A DNA stretch of 63,844 bases, the filler included, from Collodictyon triciliatum (taxonomy: Eukaryota): the NCBI GenBank assembly GCA_043381765.1. It is 4 parts of 4 records of this genome, joined end to end, with 100 filler letters (N's around TTAATTAATTAA, not from the genome) between each part and the next. Parts side by side here need not be neighbours in the genome. Positions count along the whole stretch, not along the records: positions 1 to 15,900 come from JBHJMP010001627.1; 3 more parts are not named here. One strand, 5' to 3'. Every line of letters starts with the position of its first letter. Within the stretch, counting starts at the first letter, position 1. Shown in pieces: positions 1-14,100 of this stretch. The position numbers and the translations under genes are program-made. The notes beneath the pieces were generated by a model, which saw only the letters and a program-made list of their open reading frames with translations, did not search any database and was not told where the DNA came from.

Positions 1-150
1 AAAACAAAAAAACAAAAAAACAAAAAAACAAAAAAACAAAAAAACAAAAAAACAAAAAAACAAAAAAACAAAAAAACAAAAAAAACAAAAAACAAAAAAC
101 AAAAAACAAAAAACAAAAAACAAAAAACAAAAAACAAAAAACAAAAAAAA
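1..150. repeat. (CAAAAA/CAAAAAAA)n simple repeat at the scaffold start
   Basis: A-rich tandem array. Confidence 0.92.
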
Positions 151-221
151 AGTGTTAAAAAGTGTTGAAATCGTCCACCTTTCGTACATTTTCACAGAAT
201 AATAAAAAGGTGTGGCCGTTC

Positions 222-3200
222 ATGCCTCCAAAAAGCACTACCGCTAGTTCGTCGTCCGGAAATGTCTTGCAAAAAGGCTTTCTCACTCAAGGCTGTTCAC
301 GTGAGGAGCTGTTAAAAAGAATAAAGGTTTCTACTTGCTGTTCGCTCTAATTCGATTTTATACCTTACAGCCCTCGCTTCCAGTTCTTACCTCATCAAAT
401 TTTCTTTTATAATCATTCTCATGATATCTTCTATTTTCGATGCTTATCCTCCTTTTCTTGATGGAATATTCATCCTTAGAGCCTGAATTTGTTCCTGCAA
501 GATAAAGATCAAGAAGAAAAGCGCCATGAATACCGCTTCGTTGTTAGAGATGTGATTTCAAACGGTCTATTGAGACACAAAGACAAAGAGATCCGCCTGT
601 TTCTAGCATGCTGCTTGGCTGATATCCTGCGAATATTCGCACCAGGCGACGAAGAAGAGGCCGACCTTTACACCGATGCCGAGTTGAAGGTGAGAAAGAG
701 AAAGAGNNNNNNNNNNNNNNNNNNNNNNNNNNNNNNNNNNNNNNNNNNNNNNNNNNNNNNNNNNAGAAAGAGAAAGAGAAAGAGAAAGAGAAATAATAGA
801 AAATTACAAATGGTCGAGACCTGAACATCAAGTTTCCGTTCATTTTCATTTTCATTCTCCACTCAAATTTTGCCGTAAAGTAATGTCAATTGTGTATTAG
901 GACATATTTGGGCTATTTATACAACAACTCCAAGGAATCGAGAATGAAGGCGGGACAAACTTTTCAAAGCACGTCTATCTTCTGGATCGTCTTGCATCCA
1001 TTGAAATATTCAGTCTCCTTCCCAAACTAGATGCCGACTATGAAATGATGCTGGCTCTAATTAACTGTTTGCTACAATCAATTCAGTTAGGGGTTTCTTC
1101 TTTTCTTTTCCTTCTCCTGAGTCCACCATCTTATATGTCGAACATGTATTCTTTTTAATGTCGGCTTGCAAATCATATATGTAATTACGAGTACGGTGAA
1201 TTTGGACAAAATATACTTTCAACTTCTTAAAACCAAACCATCGATACAAAATATTACTCTCGGCTAATCTTGATTGTCACCTGTCGCCACGTTAGCTATC
1301 CAAACCCTATTACATACTTCAGTTTTATTAACTCAGTAAAATAGGGAAAATCACTCTCATCGAATTGAGTCAGCAATATCAAGCATAATTGTATGTTGCA
1401 TTGAAGAGTCTGATGCATTAAGCAACGAAGTGATAGATGCTCTTCTTGGCAAACTAACACTTCGAGGAAAGGTATGGAACTTAATATTTGGACTGTCGAC
1501 ATATATATTTTCGGTTTTGCACAAGATGGACGTTTTAAGATACACATGTGATTTCCCCCTAAACTTGAGACGGTTCAGGGAAATGCAAAAGTCACGAGTG
1601 TTGTCCACCAAGTTCTTGTTAAAGCGCAAGAAAAGCTGCAGCCATTTGTCACACAATTGCTGAATGACGTTATTGTGCACGGCAGAGTAAAATTTTGCAC
1701 TATTAAGTTGAACATCACAATTTTCATGTCCTTTTCTCCAGACTTTTTTGAATCAAGACAAAATTTCCCAACAAACTTTGGTTTTACAATATTTTTCTAT
1801 GTTTTTATTACATGTCCAAGATTTTTACTTAACTTGATCGAGTTAGACCGAAACAACTGAACTTGCCGAAGAAGTTCACGAGTTAATATTTGAGTTGGCG
1901 TCATTATGTCCAAACATGCTGCTCCATGTGCTTCCAAACCTCGTCTCTGAGTTAAAAGTAAGAAATGTACCACTTTCATCATATTTCTTTTCAGTAATTA
2001 AAAATCTTAAAGATGTTTTTTTTTTTAAAAAAAAACATCTCATTTGATGAACATGTAATTTATTTCTTCAAATTTTACAACATCGTGTGTTACTGAAATG
2101 ATTAAATCTCCCTTGCTCTGATAAAGGTTGAAGATGTTGAAGCTCGCACAAAAGCTGTGCAGTTACTTGCTCGCCTGTTTTCTGCAGAGTCCTCTTCACT
2201 TGCGACCCATTATTTGGAGCTTTTTACCAATTTTCGTGAGTTTTTGTGAACGCGTGATTTTTTTTTGACAAGGATCGATTATTTACAAGAGTGCTTAGAC
2301 ATATCAATATAAATTGCTTGCCTACTATATATGAATTACTACCTATGTGAGGCTTTTTTCTCCAACTTTTTAAGATTTGTTTTGCAACAAACAGTATCAA
2401 GATTTCGGGATATTAGCCCCAGCATTCGAAAAATGATGGTTACAATCAGCAAGGACATAGTTGCTAACCACTCTGAACTAGCTCAGCACATATGGCGTAA
2501 TATGCACCAGTACTATCGCATCAATTTCCTTACATTTGTAGCTTTATTGAAGTTGACGAAAAATATTTATTCTGTATTCATATAATTCCCAATCTATTTC
2601 CTCTAATTCATGTTTTTGATTGACAGCTCTTCTAGTAGAGCGTTTACAGGATTCGGATGACAGAGTTCGCTACGATTCGATATCAGGTTTCCCCTTCTTT
2701 TTTTTTTTCTGTCTTTAATCCATCTTCAAAATACCAACACCAAAGTATCAAAATGATTTGACCCAAAGGATTTTAAAATTATCTCTCCAACGATAAAGCT
2801 ATTTCTGATATGGCAATACAACATCCATCCTTGATGAAGTTTGAAATAATGGAAAATCTGATCGGGCGTGCGAGAGACAAGAAGGTGAGCTCAAGGGTCA
2901 TCCATTCTTGTTCGCCACCGAAATCATAAAATTTGAGTTACATTTTGAATTATATTTGGTTTTACAGGCACCAATCAGAAAGGAAGCAATATCCAAAGTA
3001 GCTCACTTATATTGGTAATTTTTTTTTGTTATTTAGTGGCATGGAAAAAAACACACCAAATCCCATGAAAAACAGAAACATAAGACTATATTGGTAACTT
3101 TACACAAGTAAGTGATAAACACTATGGAAACAGGGAGCTCTACGGCTCCAAAGACTATCACGATTCTGCAGAGGATGAGATTTTCAGTAATTTGAACTTT

Positions 3201-6200
3201 TATTAAAATGACAAATTTCATCAAATATTGTAGTTGTCTTTTGATTTTGCTTAAAATTGACCAAACAGCACCTGTATTATGATTTCATACATGATCTGAA
3301 TGAATATTCCATTCTAGGCTGGGTCCCAAGAAGACTCATCTCATTCCACTCTTTAGAACCTGACCAAGAAATTCGGTGGCTATTGGATACATTTATACAC
3401 CATATTTTTTTAGTTTAAAATGTCACCTTTACTTCCTTTGATTTCTTGCAATAATTTGTTTTTTACACTGTAAAGACTACATCTCGAGAGCGTTGTGGAT
3501 GAAAAACTAATATCGCTTGGCTCTACTGTTGAAGGCAGAGCAGAGAGCCTTCTTAAGTGAGTAACGATTCTGGGATATTTCTTAAAGATTCTAGTATTTT
3601 AGAATTTTTTTTTTTTGTATTTACACATTCGCTATTCCTAGGTTCTTGTCACGATTAGATGACACATCTTTGAAGTCGTTTGTTCGAATCATGAAAGAGA
3701 AATCTCTGTAAATGTCTTTATGAAAATATCATTCCTATAGACTTTGCAAAACATAACCCAAATCCTTTTTCTCTTTTTTACTTTCTTTCTTCTTTATTCC
3801 AGAATGCAATATCTGTATATCCTTATGTGATTGTGCTTGCTCAAGAGTTTATGCTATGTAGGCTTCAGAAGGATGTTCGTGATTACGCAGACCTCCGGCT
3901 TCAACACAAGGTGACATTTTTTTTATCTCGAGTTGTAATGTCTAAATAATAAGTAAAAATAACACATTCCACCACATTCCATTATTTCGCATTATTTTAT
4001 CGATATACAGGACGACTTGAACATACCTCTCGAAAAGCTTTCACAACTCACAAACAAGCTACCTGACGCAATAAAGGTATATAAAATCACTATTTTATGT
4101 GACTTGTGGCTGTCGCTCTTTCTTGCAAACATAGAAATGTGATTTGACCTATTTCAATAAGTTGAAACTGAGGAAAAATCCTTACAATTGAATACAACAT
4201 AGGCCAAAGAAAATGCCATCACCAAACTGAATGAGGCTGCAGACAACAGAATCTTCAAAAATCTCAGAGAAATATGTTCGGTCGATTTTGGTGGGCGCTC
4301 ACAAGATGAGCTCAAAGTAATTTTCTCAACGTTTCAATATTTCTTTAACGACGTTTCTGTTCTGACGTGGTCATATCTCCTTGTGCGGGTTTTTTCTAGA
4401 ATGAAACTGTTTGCTTAGGTAGAATTTCATCATTCTCTTGAACGATTGATTCTATTTTAAATCCTCCAGACTGACACTTTACAAAGAGTCGCTTCAATTT
4501 TCACATCAAAGTCTCCCGTATATGAATACACGAAGCACCTACTTGGCAAAGTTATCATCCCATATGCAGGAGAGGGTGAAAGTGAGTCTGCAATTCATAT
4601 TTATTACTATATTGAATTCCTGCTATAGACCGATTTTTTTAAAACCTGCGCCTGTGAAATCTTTAGTAATTTTTTTGAATTAGCTCTGTTGATTGTAAAA
4701 AGGATGGTTGGCTTTGTTAAATGTGGATCAGAAATTCCATCACATTTGTTTTTTTTCTTGCAGGTTTGAAAAATAATTGGAAATTGCATCATAATTGGTT
4801 TGACTTGCAGGAATCTGTGATTTATTTGTTCTAATAAGGATATATTACAATTAGAACTATGCGGCTCTGTTCCCTGCTCTATTTTCTTCATCAATAGAAG
4901 TGTTTGAAGAGGTTGCTCATGTCCTCTGATATTTCTTTATTACCACAATACATAATTTAGCGTGCTAATCAAAATATATTCATGAAAAAATTATGGAAAA
5001 AGCAGTAATGTCGACTATTTTTTTTCTTTCGATAGTTGATTGAAACACCAAAGCTCTCGGTCTCTGAAAAGATTTTGAAGCTCACGTCGCATATTCCGCT
5101 TACCCCAACCATTTTTGTATTACAAAAGTATTGTAAATTTTTTAAAATTCCTCTTTGCCTTTCCAAATATTTGATATGGTTTCCTTTCTAACATACATTT
5201 CCTTTTTGCGTCTAAAAGCAACCTTGAGGAGAAATTGAACAACTTAATCAAAAAGTAAGATGTGGCGTTATAACCAACTTGCAATCAATTAACAATCAAA
5301 TAACAATCCATTAAAATACCATTGCTATCGCGATTTATTGTATTTCAATTTTTTGGGACTTTGATAAATCCTAGACTAAAGAAGATGCATACCTTCACGA
5401 CCTTGCTTTTAATTAAAACTTTCTCATTAGTGGTTCCATGTATCAATCACGGTATTCTTCCAGAATTTTGACGCAAATATGGAAAAATGAACAACCGAAG
5501 TTGCTGAAAATTGCACAGGTAACTCAATCTTCCTATTACACCCAGCACGCAACATCGCTTGTGTCAGAAACTAAATATATCTTGAAGAGTAAACTCTTTT
5601 TTCGTCTCCCTGCCTTTGTCGACAGGATTATCAAAGTAGTGAAGAAGCACAGTTGCCTCTTGGGAAACGAGCTAGTCTTCTATCTGCATGCACAGAAATT
5701 ATCAAGGGACTCGCAAATGTAAGTCTATTGTGCTGCTGCATCATATATTAAACCTTCGAATGGCACTGTTTATTTGTTCAAATCAAACATATGATGATTG
5801 AAATTTTTCATCATTTTTGTATATAATGATATTCTTCCTAGTCCATGGACGCTGATGTTGCCACTATGAGGGATTCTATCAAGGACAATTTTTTGGTTTG
5901 AAGCTACTTATATATCTAAAGGACATTTCATCACATATTATTTTCCAATTAATCTATTATGACGTAATATTAAATACATTTGTAGATTCATTTTGAGATA
6001 ACCCCTGACGAGGATTTTCAGGTTTTTTCTTCATGCATAATTCAGCAGTGTAATGAAAATGCGCAAATGATTCCATTAGGCTCTTTTACTTAACTCAAGA
6101 GAAAATTCATTATGCTAGATTGCAGTCGTAAGATACCTTTGTGTCCTTTGTATCAAGTGGAGACCAGATCGAATCGCTGTACAATCCTACTTGAAAATCA

Positions 6201-9200
6201 TGCAAAAGATTTTGGATTCAACAGGCTCTGAAAAGTAACATGAAAATAGCATTTTATTTAGATATGACCTTTTTTAAACTAAAAATTCATTATAATTTTA
6301 TTTTCTATTTCCTTTTGTTTTTGTTTTTTTTACTAAAAAAAAAAAAACGCATCGTCATCAGGGTCAAATTATTCTGTGTAAAATCAATCATGAAAATATC
6401 TCGATTTTATGAAAATGATGCGTCGATCCGCGTTTCGTTTCTGTTTGGATTCTTTGAAGTCATCAAGGTTTGAACACCATAATTTCTTTCAAATCAAATA
6501 AATTCATAACAAATGAAGTTTTCTGAAGTTGACTGAAGACTTATAATCTAAGGATGTCTGTGTTTTATATCCTGAATCATTTCCTCCTCTCACCAAAATC
6601 ATATCATTAAAGCACGAGAACGAAAGTATTCGAAGAGCTTTGATCGATAAAATCCACAAATACGCCTTGTATCCACCCCAAATACCTCACAAATATATTG
6701 GGTAAGAGCTTGAATAATCATTAATAGAAGCGCAATATATTCATTATCAAGTAATCTAAAATCATGATACCAGTTTACTTTGCTTCTTTGCAAACGACCA
6801 AACGAAAGCCATCCGAGATGCAGCAAAGAAAACGCTTTCGTTGGCCATCAAACAACGACGCGACTACGTCAAAACTAAAGAAGTATTTTCAAGCTTGTTG
6901 CATATTATCACGATTCCTGCATTTTTAAAGCATTTAAAAATTTTCAACATATGAAAACAAAGGTATCTCATAATATATATGTGTTGCACTTATTTTATAC
7001 GTGATCTTCAGTTGTTTACTTGCATTTTTATTTATGTAATCAAAGGGTGACCCGAGTCTGAAATATGTTCTTCCAGAACAAATGCTGCCTTATATAATCT
7101 ACTTTGGTGCGCATGAAAGCGTTCTCTCTGCTGAAATATGTTCTGCGCAATCATTCGAGTTGTCAATAAAGTAATTTAATTTAGGATACATACATATTTT
7201 TTTTTTACGTAATAGCACAACTTATTATTCTTGCTTCGCCGGGAGAAAAGTACTATTTCATCGATTATGAAAGACTTTGCTGCTATTTGTGTCTATATGT
7301 CAGAGATAGAGCGCTTTTAAGTGGAGCGGAAAGTGACTTTTTCGAATCAATAGATACCTTTACTTTTTTGTGGAAGCCATTGTCCAAGAGGTGGATAACT
7401 ATGTCGTACGTATTTTAGACTCCTTTTTGCCCATATTACTTATTCCATGGTGTTTTTTTTTTGTTTCACTCATTTATACATACATGATTTATTGATGGAT
7501 TATAATTTCTTCAAAAAAAAGATATTTCTTTAATCATGAAAATGTTTTTTTTTTCGTACACTTGTAATGCAGCTTTTTTAAACACAATCTTTTTACAGTA
7601 TTTACTAAATTTGCTGGGCACAATGAAATTTTGTCGTGATGCATTCGTTGATGACAGAAAAACAGAAGTAATCATTTCATCTCATCTTTGTTTATGAACC
7701 TGAATCGAATTATGAGAGGAGGCAGTGTTTTCTTACTAAGATGGAACATAATGGATTATTCTCTGCAGAACATTCATGTATTATGTGATTTGTGCATCCT
7801 AATGGTGAAACAGAAATCTGATGTAAGAATATTCTTCCTTTCTATCTTTCCTCACACAATTTTTTTTTTATCATCATTCGTTTGTATTGATAGTTACCTG
7901 TTTCTAACTATATATGTTTGTATGATTTTCCCTTCTTTTTTTTTTTTTTAAAAAAAAAAAGCGGAAATCCGCGAATCTTAATTTCCCTGGAGAAATTTAC
8001 TTGTCAAGAGAATTGTTTGAGAAGACTGTTGGGGAGGGTAGCAAAATTCAAGCACAGGTTTCTTTAGTAGATATTTTTTTCGCAATTCTGCAGAAGAAAA
8101 TTGCATAACAAAAAAGAATAGATTGTTGATGATTCACAAATAAAGTGAATTTTTATATGGTATTTCTTCATCAATAGAGCACATTGCCTCCTGGATTCAT
8201 TCTTCAACTGCCTAACCGAATGCTACAATCCCCCATGAAAAAGGTTTTTGTCTGCACTCATAAAAATACAAATATATATATATGCGTACGTGTGAGTGAG
8301 AACGATGTTTTCCAGAAGCTCTTAGTGGATGTTGAAGATGTATATTTTAAGATGGTTTTTTTTAAGAGTGTGAAATTCTTTCATAAAATAGGAATAATAT
8401 TGAAATCTAAATATTGATATAAGGATTAAATATGAGATATCAAAGATTTCGAATCAAAACGGGAGATAAAGCAATCAATTTTGTTCTTGTTTTTGTATTT
8501 GTCTTTGTCTGTAACATGCCGTTTGAATTCCACTGACAAAATAGAAAGCAGAGTCAAGTTCCTTGAATACTACATCTGCAGAGGAATTTGAATCTCCGCG
8601 AAAGAAAAGAAGAGCGCCCCAAATCACCACTCCAGACTCCTCTCGAAAGTTTGTTCTACGGACAGTTTTTGATTTGAGTTGTAATTTAATATAGATTGAC
8701 AAACTCGTCCTCAGCCTGATGAAGTGCTGATTCAGTCGTTTCAATAACCACAAATAATACCCAGGTCGACCCCGAGAAAGTCACGGCTACAGAAATCAAG
8801 TGTCGATTCGGATGAAGACCTGGCACACGACGAGCAATTTGGGTATTACTCAATATTTCACTCATCTTTTTAATCGTTTTAATTGCTTCAATTTCTTTAA
8901 TTCCTATCCAGAGACGCAGATGCAGACTTCCTCCCAGGAAAAGGCTCACACAATGTTGAAGAGGGCCTTCGGTCACACAGGCTGCGACGTGCTCGTCGAG
9001 TTTGCCATTTTTTCACAGTAGCAAATGCATCTGTAAATCCCAGCGCATAATCAATACAACTGCCCTGACAGAAACTCGTTTCGCATCCCTTGCAAATAGA
9101 TCGACTACCAAGAAAAGGACGAGGACGAAGGCGAAGGCGAAGGCAAAGATGAAAACGAGGGCAGCGACAAGAAGGGAGAGGCAAAGAAACCGAAAGCTTC

Positions 9201-10089
9201 TACGGGAAGCGCAGAGTCACCAGGAGAAAGCAGCCCGAGGAAAGTGGGGATGCGACGTCAAACGACAGAGGTTTCATTCTGATTCTTAAATTTCCCATTT
9301 TTCTTCTTCTTTCATACAACATTTTTAATTGATTTGTTCATAGTTTGCATCTTGATTGTCGCTATTCACAAAGAAATAGAAACAAAAAGGGATGGTCAAA
9401 CCGAACCAAAATCATAATCATAATCATAATCGTAATCATAATCGTAATCATAATCAATATTAAAATCAAAATCAAAATCAAAATCAAAATCAAAATTAAA
9501 ATCAAAATTAAAATCAAAATTAAAATCAAAATCAAAATCAAAATTAAAATCAAAATTAAAATCAAAATTAAAATCAAAATTAAAATCAAAATTAAAATCA
9601 AAATTAAAATCAAAATNNNNNNNNNNNNNNNNNNNNNNNNNNNNNNNNNNNNNNNNNNNNNNNNNNNNNNNNNNNNNNNNNNNNNNNNNNNNNNNNNNNN
9701 NNNNNNNNNNNNNNNNNNNNNNNNNNNNNNNNNNNNNNNNNNNNNNNNNNNNNNNNNNNNNNNNNNNNNNNNNNNNNNNNNNNNNNNNNNNNNNNNNNNN
9801 NNNNNNNNNNNNNNNNNNNNNNNNNNNNNNNNNNNNNNNNNNNNNNNNNNNNNNNNNNNNNNNNNNNNNNNNNNNNNNNNNNNNNNNNNNNNNNNNNNNN
9901 NNNNNNNNNNNNNNNNNNNNNNNNNNNNNNNNNNNNNNNNNNNNNNNNNNNNNNNNNNNNNNNNNCCAATCAAAGGGTTTGTGTTACATGAACATCGAGC
10001 ATTTTGAGTGTGGTTAAATTAGTGGGCCGTGTCTTAGTGTTTTATAGTTTCTCAGAATATTTTCTTCATTTCTGTAGAATCACGCTTGA
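222..10089 (+). CDS. PDS5: Sister chromatid cohesion protein PDS5, many exons; 3' end uncertain because of the N gap at 9617-9965
   Basis: ATG at 222 (MPPKST...EELLKRIK). Exon peptides include LLRHKDKEIRLFLACCLADILRIFAP, DIFGLFIQQLQGIE...YLLDRLASIE, SRFRDISPSIRKMMV and WVPRRLI, which match the Pds5 HEAT-repeat pattern. Charged low-complexity C-terminal exons lie at about 8540-9270. The introns I traced are GT-AG. Confidence 0.88.
9410..9616. repeat. (AAAATC/AAAATT)n hexamer repeat running into an assembly gap
   Basis: Tandem hexamers; source of the spurious IKIK/ILIL ORFs. Confidence 0.92.
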
Positions 10090-11198
10090 AGAGAAAAGGT
10101 ATCGTGAGGCGGATTGGTCACCATCATCACCATCATCACCATCATCACCATCATCATCACCATCATCATCACCATCATTACACCATTATTTTTTTTACTG
10201 TATATTCCACTCACACGCGGCGCACGGCAAAATCAAAGATGTCCACAGCAGCGATGCACATTACAAAGGTTCATCCCCACGCGTCCTGACTCATTCATCA
10301 TTCCTAATGCCCAATCACAGCGTAATTGAAAGAAGAAGAAAAAAGAATACATAGCTATCAATATTCCCCGTCAAGGCAGCCTTTTAAATCTCGCCCCAGC
10401 GGCATTTTGATGGATGGTTGCGATTGCCTTTTCTAGTCGCCTATTCACCACATAATCACCAAAGAAAATTAAAAAAAAAAAGCCCACCAATATAATAAAT
10501 AATGATGGTTTCTGATTCAAGTCAACCCACTATAAATTTGCGGCCATCTAGAAGGAGGGCGGCTGTGATTAGTCAGTCAATCAGTCGATCAATCAACGAA
10601 CCAGTACTCACGGACCGGAACCATCCACTCTACAACCCATTTTCTTTCTATCGGTTGCTGCTTTCACCTGCTTCATCTCCGCCTATCACCAAATCAACTT
10701 ATAAATAAAAGAACCAATACAGACCCACAAATCCCTAAAACATCCACAAAGGAAACAATATTAAAGAGAGAGAAAAAGGAAAATGATAAACAACAAATGA
10801 TATTAAGACCAGTAATATTGTTATTAATAATCTCATTAACACCAACGCAATTAATACCATCACAGAAGAAATAAACAACTGGACGCGTGTCCGCATTATC
10901 CCGCAGATCTTTCTTCCTCCTCCTCTCCAGAACCGAAGCCCCTCCAGACAGAAGGATCGGTGCACATGACAAGCCACCCGATCAACTGTGCTGCGTGGCG
11001 GGTGGATCGTTAATTGCCGGCCGCTGATAGCCTACTGCGAGGGTGTTTATGTACAGCATTAACCAACTGCGAAACGACTGGCCTTCCGACGAGCCCTGCG
11101 TCCACTTCGGCTGCGGGCCAAACGAGAGCGAAAGCAGAGGGCGGCCGGAAAGGAAAGGAGAGGAGAGGAGAGAAGGCGGGGGGCTGTGCGGTTGCAGC

Positions 11199-14100
11199 CT
11201 AGGAGAGCGGCGAGGAAGTCAGGTGGTAAATGCTCGGCGTCTTGCTGGTGATTGTGATTGACGGCCTCTGGGCAGTGGCTTCCTTGAGTGCGGACAGCTG
11301 CCTCACCCACTCATTCTTTTGCAGCAGCGTCTCCACCTTCGCCGATGAAGAGATGGAAAGAAAGGGGGAGATGTGTGCACAGTCAGCAACGCAGTCGCAG
11401 AGGAGATTTACAATCGCGTATGGAGGCGAGGCGACCAAACGCACCGGACATCGAAAAAAACAAAAGTTAGGTGATACCTTCAGCTTCATCGCAAACTCGT
11501 CGCCTTGCAGGCGAATCTCGAAGCAGAACATGTCCTCCGCACACTCCAAGTCACGGACCTGTTCCAAACATTAACAGAGAAGAAAGAAAGAAAGAAAGCA
11601 GTAAGGATAAAAGACTAAAGACGTAAGGTTGCCCCTTACCACCAACACCGCGTGATATAGACATTAAGGAGTGTGGTGGTAAAGCGTTGCGAGATGCTCC
11701 AAAACAACAAAGCAGCAGGATGAAGCGAAACAAAGCAAAAGTGTATTATGTGCAGAAAAAAACAAAAAAGAAGAAAGGAAGAAGATAAAAAAGAGCACAC
11801 CTCGAAACCTTGGCCCAAGTCCACCGCCTTTGGCTCCTGCTTCGGATCATCGGACTTGTGCCTCAGCAAAGCGCGACGGCCAACGTGCAGCACAAAGTAG
11901 CGACGCTGCCACTTGGCCCACCCGCTGCGACTGAGTTTCCAGAGCCAGCCCGCCTTGCCAACATGGCTGGAAAGGATCCGCCCCGTGTGTCCCAGCGAGA
12001 CAGTCTGCCTTTGGCACGAGTGGCACATCCAGCGGGCCTCGCCGTTGGGCAGATGGATCAGGTCCACATACCTCGCCCACTCTCCGCACGGGTCGAAGCA
12101 CTCGAGCAGCGTGTGGGAGCCTTGCACTGCCCGCGACTCAGCCTTCTCGCGCAGCCGAAGCGCAGACGGCAGATACAGCTGGCGATGCTGGCGAAACCTC
12201 TTTTGCACACGCTCGCACGTCTCCTGCTCAAAGGCGGCAGGCAGACGCAGACGCTTCGGGCGGCCGGGCGACCTTGTCGGGCTGCTCTGGGCCGCGGGCG
12301 TGGATGGGGTGGCGGCAGATTCAGTCTCGGGTGGTTCCGCGTTGTCTGCAGAAAGCGGCGCGTCGGCTGCGGATGCGTGAGCAGAGATAAGGCGATGCAT
12401 CTCAAGAGACGCTGCGAGCTGAAGGCCATGGTCGTGCATCCACTCGGCGCTGGGAGGCAGGATGTATCCGGGATGCGCGGTGGGATGCGGCGCAAAAGGC
12501 CGGTCGCAGACAAGATGCAGCCGCCATTCCGGGGCAGATGAAGGCTCGGCAAAGGCAGGCATCGTCTGCTTGCAGCCGTCTGCGCCCTGCAGCGAATCGT
12601 CCAGCCACACGAGGACAGGCGCGTCCTTGGCCGACTCTCGGCGACCTGCGTCTGGGGATGCCGGGCCGCGTCCTGCGCGTGGGGTGTGCATGCGAGGAGA
12701 TGAGGCATCCATGAGGGCGGCGTCTGTGCCGTTCATCCAGAGGCGCCACTCCGCAAGGTGTTTGTTTGGCGTGCATTCCACTTGCGTGGTGTCTTCAAAG
12801 GTGTGTGTGAAGGAGGCGCGCCCGCATTCGGACGGCAGATACTCGTGTGCGATGCAGTGCGGACAGAGGACCTGCTGCTGGATGACAAGGCCCGGATACG
12901 CATCCTGCGCAAGGCCGACTTTGTCGAGAACACGGTGCACAGAGTCCAGATGTTCCTGCTCCGACCCGATGGTTCGCAGATTCACATAGACGGTATCTGC
13001 GTGGCCGCTGATGCAGACCTGCGAGCCACCGGGCGGGACTGCGCTTGGGCGGCGTGGCGGCGTCTTGTCCGCGGTTGTGCTTTGTGGGGATGCTGTGTGG
13101 CGGGTGGTGCGGGAAAGGTCAAAGACAAAATGCGTGGAGCTGCAAAAGAAGCGGCCCGGTGCAGAGTCTGCGGCAAGCAGGTCGCTCAGTTCGCAGACGA
13201 GCCGCGGATAGAAGCCAAAGGGCTGGATGTTCCAGCTGAGATGGAGAGCCACGGTGATGTGCCGGTCGCAGACTCGCGGCCGGTGCAGCGGCCACAATCG
13301 GGTTGGCGGCAGTCCTGGTGGCAGCAAAGATGGAAACAGCTCGTGGCCCGTCTTGATGGGGAATGAGAGTCTGAGGGCTCGGAACAGGTCCAGGATCAGA
13401 CCGCCCTGGTGCGGATGGCGCTGCTCGAGATCCGTCTGCAGGTCTCGGATTCTGTAAGCGCCCATGTCACGCAGGCTGCGGAGCGGCCCGAATATGACTG
13501 CCCAGAAGGATGAGACGATGGCCGGGTCGCAGACCAAGTGCCCCAGCGTTTGTGAGGAACCTCTCTCTGGAATCCAGAGCACGTCGCCCATGCTTCGAAG
13601 GAGGATGGCCGCATCCATGGAGGTGGCGGACTCTGTTGGGCGTGAGCCTGATGAGATAACCGAGACCATGGACTCGAGATTCAGCTGGGAAGGATTCAAG
13701 TAGACAAAGTGGTTCATAAAGTCCTGCATGCTCACCACCGGTGGGTCGGATGCGCGGCGGACATGGGCTGCGAATTCAGCCATCCGTAAGTGAAGGCGGG
13801 GTACTCTTGTGATGGACGCGTTTGCCAGGTGCAGATCCATGTGGTGGGCTATCAGCGAGCGGAGTCGTGCCATGCGGTAACGAGAGTGCAGGTCCACGCG
13901 GATGGACGGGACGATGCTGATGTGTGTGGAAAAGTGAGCCACGTCGGGTTGGATAGGCTCGGTATCTCTAAAGGAGGAATCCAGGCTGCTGCTGCTGCTG
14001 CTGCTGCTGGTGTTTGGAGTTTCCGTGCTTCGGGAGGGGCCTGGTGAGAAGGCGTTTGCGGCGTTTCGCCGGTGCAAAGTGACGAGCACGACTGTGGAGC

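Noticed and set aside
1..150. Terminal repeats as telomeres or nanochromosome ends
   Set aside because: The unit differs at every scaffold end, and some ends fall inside genes; these are assembly breaks at microsatellites.
9345..10007. IK/IL, FVCL, poly-Y, poly-F and X-filled ORFs here and elsewhere
   Set aside because: Products of microsatellites and N gaps.
10086..10289. Poly-His protein
   Set aside because: A (CAT/CAC)n microsatellite open in all three frames near the uncertain PDS5 3' end; no evidence for which frame, if any, is translated.
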